This document shows, in pieces, positions 1-12,450 of a stretch of DNA of 64,000 nt. The DNA lies in the NCBI GenBank assembly GCA_030141605.1, contig JAQGDQ010000009.1:1-64000 (forward strand), given 5' to 3'. The first letter of the stretch is position 1. Every line of letters begins with the position of its first letter. Source of the stretch: Tubiluchus corallicola. Lineage: Eukaryota > Animalia > Priapulida. A program made the position numbers and the translations under genes. Under the pieces are notes generated by a model that saw nothing but the letters and a program-made list of their open reading frames with translations, searched no databases and was not told where the DNA came from.

Positions 1-926
1 TCACAGCTAGTGTCAGTTGTGGATCGAAATTTGTAATGAATGTAAATTGGATGTAATACTCAATGCATGCCTTATAATGAATAAACTTATTCATTTGTGC
101 TAGACGCAATACTTCAATTACAGTCAGTAAAAGGTTTTCGTTCGCAACCAGTACAAACTGAGTATCTAAACTGAGTAACTGAATAACTGTTCTCGCTTCT
201 GGAACGTGAATTGAGGTTTACTAAATCATAATTCCTGCTGCAAAACAAACAGTTTGTCTTTAAGTTTATTTTGCTGTTAATACAGCTCCATCCACAAATT
301 TCGCACACACCTAATGTGTACACCACATGCAAAAAGAGTTTCCTGCTGTAATTTGTCAGCTTAGCCTGCCTTTAACTTTTTATTGCAGTCACGTGATCAA
401 AAGTACCCACCAACTTGGCTTCTTGCCATTCCGTACACTGTTTTGACTGCAAACGAACCACAAATTAAGCCAGCGCTATTGAAAAGCGGTGGTCACTCGG
501 TTGGTGGACACATCTTCTTCTTTGACAGATTTCTCCGGACATTCGTCGGGCAGTCAAATTTATCAGCAACGTCCCACTTCCCCAATAATTAATTCCACTT
601 ACATCCATTTTATTGATGAAAAGGAATTTACTTTGACGAGTTGATGCATTTGTATGCTGACCTATATAAGCATACATGTTTACACTGTCACCACGCGCAG
701 TATGGAAATCATGTAGACACTAGCCCGCTAAGCCATTAACAATGCTCAGCTGATCGCAAACTTCCTACTGAATTACTTTAGTGTTAAGTTAGTCACGTGT
801 TGAATAGGGGAATTATGATTTCGTCCAGCGTCCTCAATCTATATTACACTTTATCCATTACTTCCCAACTGCCCTCGAGATGGTGCTACAATCGTGGTGA
901 GTATTCCGATTTGCTAATCAGTTTAA

Positions 927-1406
927 AGAGGAAGAAAAGGCAATTTTAAAGTATATCCCAAAGAACTTTACACACAAAGTTTTATTGCTTTGCATTACCT
1001 CCACCTGTTTGAAAGACTTATGTAACTGGAAAAGAAAATTCTTAACAACTTAAAAAGTTCACACCAACTAGTAAAACGTCACTGCATCACCATCCCAGTG
1101 TGCACCAGTGATTCACCAGGAAACACATTGTTGATCTTATTGACAGTATAAAGTAATTTAAACTTTTGCTTAACCAGCGAAGTATGTAGTACGAATATTC
1201 TGATAAAATGTTTTTCAAAGTTAACGCTGTGTTATCAAAACTTATTTCAAACGACTTGCCGTTAAAATGGCTGCGCCTAATGGTCATCGCGGTAAATTAT
1301 ATTTATACTGGACTGCTGCTAATTCACACATTGTATGCAATGATACAGCATGTAAGTGACAAAATTTCAAGACGAATTTTTATCTATGAAGAGTGTTTAA
1401 TGTGCT
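927..1406 (+). mobile_element. Kolobok-like MITE, family B, copy 1
   Basis: TTAA at 923-926 and 1407-1410; begins AGAGGAAGAAAAGG; colinear by eye with 37570-38041 and 43211-43706 (e.g. GGAAAAGAAAATTCTTAA, AATTTAAACTTTTGCTTA). Confidence 0.75.
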
Positions 1407-1707
1407 TTAACTCTACAAAGTTTTTCTTAAATCAAATATCTTGAGTCAACTATTTGTGACGTATTAGATTTATAATGTTCCAGCCGTACAAAAAATGATA
1501 CTTTTCTGCTTACTCAGAAGATAATTTAAAGGGGAGAGTTGCACTTGTTTTCGATTGTAGATATTTGGGTTTCACTATTCATTAAAGTAACGTAAACATT
1601 AACATAGATTCTGCAATTATTGCCTTCTTTGACGATACAGTATGTTACCCTTAGAAGAAAATTTCACAATTCTGTCCTGCATAAGTTGCCGACCCATTTT
1701 ACGTTAA

Positions 1708-2178
1708 AGGAAAACCGAATCCAATTTTAAACTGTTGCTCAAAATAATCCACCCTATAAAATATGGAAAGGGAATTTACTATTTGTTCAAGAATGACGTG
1801 TGAAAGAACACTTACCAAAAAACGTAATTTCGCAATCGCGACCAGTTTAGAGCTGTTCAGTTGTGACGTAGTGCACACGTTTGAGAGCTCATGAGTGAGC
1901 AGATGTAAACTTGAAGTTTGAATCTAAACTTAAAATTTGGCGAGTTTTTGTAAATCAAACTGAATATTGTACAGTTGCACAGCACACACTGTACTTTAAT
2001 TTTCGCTTTCGCAAACACATGCAACACAATCGTGGAATGTTTGTGCTGTTGAAAATTATGCTCACTTGTGATGTCATCATTAGTTGAGCTCGCGCGCCGT
2101 TATTTAATCATCAGAACTTGTATACTTTTTACCGTACTTCAAAAACTGAGTAGGATAAAAAAATCATCCTGTTTTGGT
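1708..2178 (+). mobile_element. Kolobok-like MITE, family A, copy 1
   Basis: TTAA|AGGAAAACC start, degenerate right end before TTAA 2179-2182; shares TTGTGACGTAGTGCACACGTT and CTTTCGCAAACAC.TGCAACACA with copies near 3670 and 20232. Confidence 0.75.
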
Positions 2179-3669
2179 TTAATTCAACCAGATTTTTTTG
2201 TGTTGAGATTTGCTTTAAAACTGTCTACCTCGAATTAATACAAAGTGGGACATTTTAGTCTTTGCAACATATTCCGAAATTCGGCAATTGCGGATCATTT
2301 TTCGCTTATTCTGAATGTCATTTTGCTGTTCACCGTACTGGTGAGCTTGCTACTTGAAATGTTAATTCCAAGTTTTTGTGAAATCATGTTTCGGAATTTT
2401 TTTACGTGATTGTGGGATGATTGGCTATTCTACTTTTTATATGAATAAACATCTGCATTTTTTTGCTTTTTTTCTACGTCCCTAAGTTTTTACGGACAAA
2501 CGGCGTACAAAAGACTGTGAAACAACAAAGTTATACCTCTTTCTGTGAAATGATTCACCATAAGTGTAAAAAGTCTCGCAACGTCCAGCCAAAGTTTATG
2601 AATTACTACTACGAGATTCAGCAACTGTAACAGTAAAATTAAGAAGATGACGGTACGACACCAGCGAGCGCACGTGCTGCGTTGCATGCGCCCTTCGAAT
2701 GCAAGGAAAATCGTGTGAATTTATTTTAAGGCTGAAGTCATGATCACACATAATGACCTTTCTCCGGCTACTGATAAGAAGCCGTCTACCTGTCTTTGGT
2801 TTTTCTTATAACTTTTACACCATATACCAGTATTAAGCAGAAACTATTTCGCTCAGACTGCACGAGCTTATTTAAAGTCAACAAATATTTTATTGGCTGC
2901 AATATTGCGTCTGTAAACTGGCGGCGCGCCTAGATGTGTTGGAAATCGATAAGAAACAGATTAATAAAATTGAATTTGAACAAGCGATACTGAGGAAAGT
3001 GTCTACAGACGTGTGTTCGTCTGCTTGGGTGGAAAAGCAAATGGGCGGTTGTGCTTCTACACCTTCCTACCTGACTTCTTATTTTATGTTCATGCTGTAA
3101 TAATTGCACCAACTCATCCCTGGCTGTTTATTACAAGCAAGCAATTACATTAACCAGTCTTTGCAGAATAAAACTGACAGAAAAATTAATCCGCCATTCA
3201 GAAAGTGTCAGTTATATGCGATATTGTTTCCCGGATAAAATTTTCTTGTCAAAATTGTTGTTTGTGTGTGGTTTAGTGTGTTATTATTACGTTGGAACGG
3301 TATATATATCCGCCGTGAACGTAGATCTGTCCATCGAGATATAAAACGGTAAATTTCTATTTTTTCAACTTATTTTTTGTAAATAATGGATGTATAACAC
3401 GCAATGGACTAAAAACAATTTAAATGTGCTCGAAAATATGTAAATCTGAGTGTAAAAGATACAATTTCAAGCAATTGTACATGATTGTGATTTTCTAAAC
3501 TTTCTCCTCGTTCTTCCCTTACTTTTTTTTCTCTTTCCTTTTGTTGACTTTTTCTAGATTTCGCAAGGGTTTTAGATTGTATAAAATGGCATCACAATGT
3601 CGTTAATACCGCTTTACTACCAATGTACGACACAATTGCAGTCCATGCTAGTGGTGGTCAAATGGTGAT

Positions 3670-4264
3670 GGACCCAGTCTTGAACTATTGCTCAAAACAA
3701 TGTACTCTGCAAAATACTGAAAAGGAACATTGCTTTTTAAGCATGCCTTAGGTGAAAGAATTGTTTCCACAAAAATCCATTTTCGCCTTCGCGCGGCTTA
3801 GTTCTTCACTGTTGCATGTATTTCGTCATTCGCTAGTTAGACAGGTACTAGTGTCTGCACCTCGGAAACGTGTTGCACAAAAAACATGAGGTGTATCTCT
3901 CAATCAGTTGTAATATGGTGAACGTGTTCGAGAGCTCATGCGTCAACACAGCGGTAAAATGAAATTTAAATTGTAAAGTTGAAATTTGCCCAGTTTTTGT
4001 GTGTCAATGGAATGTTGTACAGTAGCACCGTACTTCAATGTTCGCATTCGGAAATACGTGCAACACACTCATGGAATGTTTGTGCTGCTGAAAATTATAT
4101 TCAGTTATGACGTCATCACTAACTGGGCTCACAAGCCGTTGATTAAGTTTTTAACTTATTATTTAATTATTATACGCACTTTGGCGTTATGCTAGGTGTT
4201 AAAATGTATACTTTTTATCCCACTTCGAAATGGGGTAAAATACGAAAAATTATCTAGTTGTCCT
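3670..4264 (+). mobile_element. Kolobok-like MITE, family A, copy 2 (left end eroded)
   Basis: Colinear with copies 1 and 3 (GGAATGTTTGTGCTG.TGAAAATTAT, GTATACTTTTTA); ends GTTGTCCT|TTAA. Confidence 0.7.
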
Positions 4265-6471
4265 TTAAAATACTAGTAATTTTTGTTTAATATGACATAT
4301 TTTGTAGCGTTTCTGTTGAAATAATGGTATAATTAACTAGCTCGCACATTAATGAATGCAGGCTAATATAAACATTATAATGTCGGCTTGCTTGTAAATA
4401 TACCACGTGCAGCAGGCCTGAACAGTAGTGACTACGTAACTGGAAAAGTTGCTAAACTATATGCCCTGAAATGTCAAAATGGCTTCAACACTTAAATGCC
4501 AAAAACTTAGGTGGAGATAAACACCGGAGAGATTACTGAAATGTGGAGGATTTAGAAAATTTTCGTTTGAATTTTGTCGCAGTCTGGCAAAATCGGATGC
4601 GATTTCAGCATGTGCTTTTGAAAGCCTTATTTATCGTGGTGCTAAAAACAACGCATTTTGTAACTGCCTGGAGCGATGTTTCACATTCGTTGAAGACACG
4701 TATGCCGTATAAATAATAGACCAAGTGTAAGAGAAATTTAGTAACGTAAGCTTTGCAAAAGTTTTTAATTTAACAAGAAATTTATTGAATATCGCCTTGT
4801 TTGTTTCACCTGATATTTCAAGAGAAAACACTGCCTTTTTTAAAAAAACAACGTTATTACTTAATTCCAGCGTTTCACATTAAAACTTTAAAGGTGTTTA
4901 CTGGGCTGATAAGATTACATTTTCCCCGAAGACAAGAAAAACGCAAAGTGATCTTAAGCTAATAGCGAGGTCATCATTTGACCCCCAAATTACTGTTTAC
5001 GAAAATGCGCGAATATACAAACTTTCTTTGAATTAAGAAACATTGTTGGAATTGCACCACATTTTAACAACACCCATTGCCATCGCCACCAGCAATAGCT
5101 TCAGCCAGCATCAGTACTTCACCATGAACACTGGCATCCAACACTAATAATAGACCTAGATAAAATACATTGAACCAAGAGCAAGAGACTTTACAGAAAA
5201 ATCAGTAAAAGTCATCTCTTTAAACCAGTGAATGGTGTAATATTTCTTTTAATTGTGTTTCAGTGCTAGTTTAAACTTTGGGAACTAATTTCATCCGTTC
5301 CTGTCTAAACTGTCGCTTACTCGGTGTCGCATTTAATTCAGAGTAAACACACAAAGGCAATTATTGCTCGCCCCCTCCAAAACATTACGAAATAGCAAAT
5401 ATGGAGACAACTTTTTCCTTACAAACTACAAGATAGGGAAGATAGGGACTTTATTGTAGTTTCCTGCTAAATGTGCATGTACTAATGGACGCCATTATTC
5501 CAGTAAACGAGAATATTGTGATGATTGTTCCAACAAGTGACAAACTTGAGGTGACTAAACCTGTTCGCAGGCAGCAGCTTTCTGTAACCGACGCACCCAG
5601 CCTTAGAACCGCGCACTTAATGTATTTTACCCGCAATTCACATTACTCTCGCCGCGGACACTATAGCATCTCAATGAAATTCAGCTGTTTGTACACCAAT
5701 GCATCATGCCATTAGTAGCCAGGGACACACGCCATTACAGCAGCAAATATGTCACATTTCGTGAAGTCCAGAATTTTGTGTTTAGCTGCCCTAGAAACGA
5801 GTCCGCTTTTCGACTTGAGCACACTTCATATTGTAAACGTTTGCATTGTGAGCACTCGATAATTGCCTCGTCTACGCTGTGCAATATGAGAAGTCCAAAC
5901 ATCTAACTTGTCAAATATTTACAGTCTTTGCAAACGTGCTCCGCTTGTCATTACTTCCTGAAGCCTTTTCTGGATCTACTTGATCGATTGGAAGAAAGTT
6001 GCCAATGGCGGACTTGCTTCCAAACTAACAATTTCACTCGTTCAAGTTCACTGAAAGGTAGTCGTTCAAGTTCACTTAAAGGTGAATCTACTTTCACTTA
6101 ACTGCTTCTATTCAGCACTCATGCCGAGTTCACACGCATTTTCGCATCATTTCATCATTTACTTCGAGAGTTCCACTATTCCGGTGAAATATTGAGTAAT
6201 GTAAGTGCCAATTAGCTGTTAAATAGCAATACAATTGTATTTTGTGTTATAAAAATCGTTTGCAAAATTGAAGTTCATGTTGTCCTCAATTACGTAACTG
6301 CAACATTATCTTCTGACTTCTGTGACACTTACATACCGATCAAGCTACTTCACCTGTTACTGTAATTAAACTGGCTTCTAATATCGTAGGTGTTCAGTCT
6401 TAATAATCAGGCTTCAGTGACATAACTAGTATGGCTTCATCTTCACTACTGTACAATAATTATATATAGAA

Positions 6472-6602
6472 CTTACCTGCCTACCTGTACTCACCTGCCT
6501 GCCAGCCTGTCTGCCTACCTACCTACCTGCCTACCTACTTTCTTGCTTGCTTACCTAAATGCTCAGTTAACTACATAATACAAGTCTACCTAAATACCTG
6601 CC
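6472..6602. repeat. Degenerate (CCTA/CCTG)n tetranucleotide repeat
   Basis: Runs such as cctgcctacctacctacctgcctacctac seen directly. Confidence 0.8.
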
Positions 6603-9056
6603 TAGTTGGCTATTTCATAATTTTTTGTTCTGCTGTATCTACAATTCTAGGTCAGCGTATCACTTTGGCTATATTGGTACATTTGCACGAGTTTTGGTAC
6701 AATTTCTATAAATCCGCCGGCATTTACGACGATACAGAACCTTATTTATGTACTTAACAAACCCGAGCAAGTACACCGTTTAACCTTCGATCTTTGTAAG
6801 CTACTTTGCCTAAAAATTGATAACACGGCTTCTGCAAAGTCTATACAAACAGCTTTGGTCTTTCAATAATGTTGATGGCTTTTATTTTGCTAGTTTTCTG
6901 AGTTTCAATTCTGAAAGCCGCAATAGAATTCTATTTTATATAAAATTCGCCTTTGGAAACCTGAACTCATTTTTTTCTTACTAATCGGAAAGGAAATTGG
7001 CAGAGTTAGGATAAGGTGCGTGAGTATTAGAAATAACCGTGAAACTTGCAACCTTGAATATTTTTTCAATCGTTGTTAAAGTAGTTTAATAAAAATTTGG
7101 AGGATTAGACTACATCTTTGTACGCTGTGCACACCACGTAGTTTGATCGATATATTAAGTGGTATCTCATAAATGTTTCGTAGAAGCTGCTACAATTTAA
7201 TACATAATGATGCGCTGAGGCCTTAGAAACAAACATGTGTCAGAAGTGTGCCAAAAATGTCTGCCATTGGAATTCATCCAAGTACTGGTTGGGTTAAACA
7301 TTGTTTAACTTCTCATTTAGCAAATAAATTTAAAACTGTACCAGCGAAAAGTTGCAGGAATTGACAACAACCATTTGTGATATTATATATTTCGGAGTCT
7401 CAGAATTTAATAAAATTGCATTTATTCATATATTTATTGAATGCTCGTGAATTTGTGACGCTACGTGGAGTTATTTCTAGAACTGGCATAAATTGGAGTT
7501 TTGTAAAGTTGCGTGTCAACATTACAATGTTTAACAAATAGTCACTGTTGACAGTGTTGGGTACAAAGACGCCTCCTTACCTGTTGCAATTGGTTTCGCC
7601 CCAAATTGTCATGCATTATGTGACCAGACAGTTGGTCAGGTAGACATTACCCGGCGGACAATTTAAGCTGATGTAATGTGTAACTTGTGAATGAGTTTTC
7701 ATTGCCTTTTGCGAGTTATAAGCCTAGCTATCTGTGTTAACTGCTAACTAGCTAACTGCTTTACATAAGTTGAGTTAATTCGCTCTTATTTTTTGTTTAA
7801 TTTTGATCGAAAATCATGCAAGCTAATTTAGCAATTTGCCTGGCTCGAACTTATTTTTTTAAATCTCTTTGCTGTAATATTGCAGATAAAACGACAACTG
7901 CTCCATATTAAACAAATGTGGATTTTGCTGGAACTATTATATAGTACAGGTACACAGTCAAAACAATCAAAGAATATTTAGAACAGTCATTGAACCAAGC
8001 CATGGTTACCTATGAGTCCTAGACCAAATCCTTCACGTGGAGCTTTGGGACAAGGCTATCACACTAAACTTGGCAGAGATGCGCAGTCTATTAATAATAG
8101 GACAAACGATGTTATACGTAACTTTATCTCCACAAAATAAGAAGACCTCGTACTAAAAGGAAACTTTGGAGCATTTATCTCGGCAATATGTCATTTGTCT
8201 GGTTAACACAGTTTAAAGTATTCATTGGGTGTACTGGCAGTGTCAGTTTTAGTTCTTCCTTGTAGCCTTGATTGGGCATCTTATATTTATTTCGTGTAAA
8301 ATGATTTTCACTGAAATTAGAAAAGTGATTTTTCACAAACTGCTTTCTCTTTGACTCACTGAATGGCGCACTCACTGACTTACCCTTTCCATCCAGTAAC
8401 TCACTCATCCACTGTCATCTCAACCTAGATGTAGGTTAGGCTAGGGGATGTAAGTTAAATTAGGGTAGTTTTAGCAACTACAGGATGGTACTCGAGAGGT
8501 GAGAATGGTTAGAATTGTATGCACAGACCGATCTCAAAAATCGGCAAGATTCCTCAGCAAGGTAAAACTCAGACTCAGAATCAGAATCAGAACCAGACTC
8601 AGAATCGTGTAAATTTTCAAATGTTTCCTTGGCTGTTGTAGCGTCAGTTATAGTAAAATAATAACGTGGTAGGAAAACATAAATCTGCGCAGCGTACAGT
8701 AAAATTGTGTTTTCCTTGTTGGCTAACTCTTTCTGCAATTCACGTTATACCTTATATAACGTCTAGGCAAAATTAAACGCACAACGACCGTTAATCTTTT
8801 CGTTTAAAAAATGGTTTCCAGACGGCTTCATTTGATGATGTAATAACAAAATTAACCTGTAGGGAAAGATAACTCATGTGCGTGACATTACCTTTAACGA
8901 TTCTTATTTTTACACAACTTGTCAATCAACGGTAGCGAAAATAAATGCGTTATTGTTTTATAAATAACAACTACTGCTCCCTACAAAATGATCCAGTGTT
9001 TTAATTTCATTGATTGACCTATTTTCATGGAACTATTTTCTATCATTTTCTATGTA

Positions 9057-9798
9057 TCGGGTGGCGCAGAAAAAAATTGTTGAAGTTTAGACTACAATAA
9101 TATCAGAAGCGAGTGGTCTACAAAGTTGAAATTTTGCTCCGTAATATTACAGTGAGTTAGCTTTTGGCTGTAAAAGTTACAAGTTTGTAATTTTAGTGTT
9201 TTTAAGTACTCGCTGAATGACGTTTGCGTTTAAAAAATCAAAAAATCAAAATCCACAGAAAAACACCCACTTTAATATATAAAGCACACAATACATGGAG
9301 CAGAATAATAAAGGACTCTAGTTTATATCAGTAATCAGCCAGTTTATATCATGGGCATCACCAAAGTAAATAAAGCACTGCTTCTGTTTTACGGTATCTG
9401 GAATTAAAGAGAAAGTGTACAACGGCCGCACAGAGCCATTTGATGCAGAGGAACTGAAGGCAAAAAGTGCTGAACCAAGCACCCCCTTAAAGAAGTGAAA
9501 AACTGGTCAGTTGTTGAGGGAAACGCCTTCGTCGGGTTTGCAGTGAAAATGGTGGACACATAGAGCAATTGGTGTGAATTTTAGCAATAGTGACACAATG
9601 TTTTTTTGGCATTGATTTATTTTTACTTGTTTTAAAAATCAAGAGAATCTTTGGAAAAATCTAAGAGAATGACTTAAAATTTTTGGTGTTTATGCATGTC
9701 TGCCTGTAACATCAGTGTGGTAATTTTCAACTGATTCAGTTATTTTCTTCTTATACTATCGTGATCAAAATACTTAGGCGCATTTTTTCGCCAACTGA
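9057..9798 (+). mobile_element. Decayed Tc1/mariner-superfamily deletion derivative, copy 1
   Basis: TA then TCGGGTGGCGCAGAAAA; inverted right end TTTTTTCGCCAACTGA; internal transposase C-terminal remnant reading ENGGHIEQLV* near 9545-9577; homologous along its length to the reverse complement of 14935-15685. Confidence 0.7.
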
Positions 9799-11182
9799 TT
9801 GCAAACTGTTATGCAGAACTGGTGAAATACTCTCGCAATAACTACAGCAAACACATTTCCATTAAAATTCGCACTAGTTTGGGATGAAATCGTAATACGG
9901 TTGCGCGTTTTATTATACTGTACAAATAACGCCACGTAAAGCCATACATTCGTCAAAGTTATTTCAATGTGTTAAGCAATAAATTTCGAGGCGAAGATTT
10001 TCAGATGGGAAGGTTCTTTGTTGATGTTGTCGCGGCGGATGTATTTATATTTTAGAGAAAATTGCCCGGAAGTGCGTCATGCAAACCAAGAAGGTATTAG
10101 AATGAAAATTTGGATAATCCTTTTCGATAGCAAAATGTAAACCCGTTTCTGCGGCTTGATTCCATGAAATTCTAAAGTTCATTGGAAACTGAAACACGTC
10201 ACTTAATGGCAGGCTTGTAGTCTGAACTGGCATCCTGCTACTAGGATTTATAAGCCACGTTTAGATTTGTATATTAACTTCCCTCGCCGAATTAACCAGG
10301 GACAATATGACAGACGAAGCCGCAAGGAGGCAGTTTTATCGGGATTACCCAGCCGTCCAGTGACCAAAAATCAGTTGCTTAAAAACAGCTATTAAGCACA
10401 TACCGTGACCATTCACCTATTTTTACCTATCCCCTTAAGCCTGCGTTGCAGATGTTGTAGTGCATGCAAAGGCATTGTTCTATTTTCTGCCACATTTATT
10501 TACGTTAACTTGCGTTTGACCAGCAGTGTTATGAAGTTGACCAGCAGGTTGCATTGCTGTCACGACTATCCAAATGCGGATTATATTCTTCACTCACTAA
10601 GAAACCTTTTCGGCTTTGTTTTTGCGTGATCTCTAATTTTGTTTTTGTAGTGGAGGCAACATGTACTAGGTATTCATCCATGTAAACTTAATTAAAATGT
10701 ACGTGCGTGATGTACGGAATTTGAAAATTCAACGTTCAACATTGACTTCATATTCGATTTCGTTTAATCTGTGAAATTAAAGAACAAGCCAAATTTTAGA
10801 GCCTTTGCAAATTAATAAAGAATGACACTGTCACACTGGCGAATTTTGCTCAATTATAACAAATCAGTTCTTAATACAATTCTTAATACACATTTTAAAC
10901 AGACTAAGTTTGAACAAATAATTATACATATATCTTTCTATCGCCATAAGTTCTCTACAGCAGAATTACGCCATAAAAATAAGGCATGTCTTTAACAATA
11001 AGAAACCAGTGTTTCGAGGTCAGATTGACTTGTCTATAGCTATTTAGGTCGATAGGTTAGGATAACAGGTAAGCTGCTTTCACAGGTATAAAAATAGGAA
11101 TGCAGTGCCATCTATTGAGTGTCTCAAACAATAAGTAAATAATTAGTCAATTAATTAACCAATTAATCGAGGATAACCAATT

Positions 11183-11358
11183 ATCGAGGAGGTAATAATT
11201 CGTTTGTATTTTGTACCTTATTGCCTAAAATAACTAATTTATTTTGAAGAACCGAGTTATATTTAGTTAATTAACTAAATATAACTCGGTTCTTCAAAAT
11301 AAACTAGTGATTTTAGGCAATAAGGTACGAAATACGAACGAATTATTACCTCATCGAT
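11183..11358. repeat. 176-bp spacerless near-perfect palindrome
   Basis: Centre TAGTTAA|TTAACTA at 11270/11271; 88-bp arms with 5 mismatches by manual pairing. Confidence 0.93.
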
Positions 11359-12450
11359 GGAAAAGAGGAGAAGGAAGAGATTGGAAGTAAACAATTTTTG
11401 AAACGGACAGTAGAGAAGCGTTTGTTTCATACATTGGATCTCTTACTAATCCACTTATAAGCGAGAAGTCGACAGACATCGCGCACAATTCCTCAAAGGC
11501 CATGCGAAATCTTTCCGTTAAAGTAGTAAACGCACATTGAATGCGCAATTCAAAACCTGAAGATGGTACAATCAGGTATACGATAGCATTACGCACGCTG
11601 ACTGCGTCACCAACGTAATGAAGTCTTATTTTAGAACAAGCGGTTCAAATTACGTTTATTTATATCGACTGCAATTCTGACTCTGGCAATTATTATTGTT
11701 ACTTTCGCACTGCTGCACTGAAATGGCAGCAAATCTAATTTGACTGAAATGCATTATTGTGAACCGCGGTACAATTAAAAGAAGTAGCGACTCGTTAACG
11801 TTTTGCGAGGGTTAGAAGACGATTGTGACAGAAACCTCGATTAAAGAGAAATTAACTCTTTATCCTGTCGACAGAAACTGTGTGTAGCTACGTAATTACA
11901 GTCGCCAGATAAGATAATAGGATCAGCAAAGTTCGAAAAGTCTGTCAATTTCGCAGATTTGTTTCAAAACACTGCATGTGTAGTACTGCAGTACTTTCAG
12001 TAAATTTATCATTTACTTTTTGCAGTAATTTTAGTAATTTATTATGTCATTCATAAGTTTACAACGCTGTTGCCGCGCCAGCTTGTTACATTGAAAAGAA
12101 TGAAAATGTAGAACTTTGATATGGACAGTGTCTTCTCTTTACCTAATACCCCACTTCTACGTCATCCCTTTCTCAGGCCCACGAGCCACATTGTCACGCA
12201 CAAAAATAATTCCTTCCTAGCACTTTCGTGCGCAAGCTTTAATTCAGCGTTTAAAACACACATATCAATAAAATGTTTGACGGAAGTCATTCATTTACAA
12301 AACATTGAGAAAAGATTAAATTCTCGCGTAAATTTTCTCTACAATAATTTCAAAAAAACATGGTTGCTGCTAACTGCTTGTATCTGTTGCTTATTTGTGC
12401 TTTGTCACAATTATTAGTCTATCTATTACAAAATAAAATGTTTTTTTCAG

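Noticed and set aside
6038-6083. 24-bp tandem duplication TCGTTCAAGTTCACT.AAAGGT
   Set aside because: Only two units with no spacer; ordinary slippage, not a CRISPR-like array.
8478-8738. ORF with DSESGSDSDSES resembling a piggyBac N-terminus
   Set aside because: Explained by a short hexamer repeat; no catalytic domain or paired TTAA-CCC ends found.
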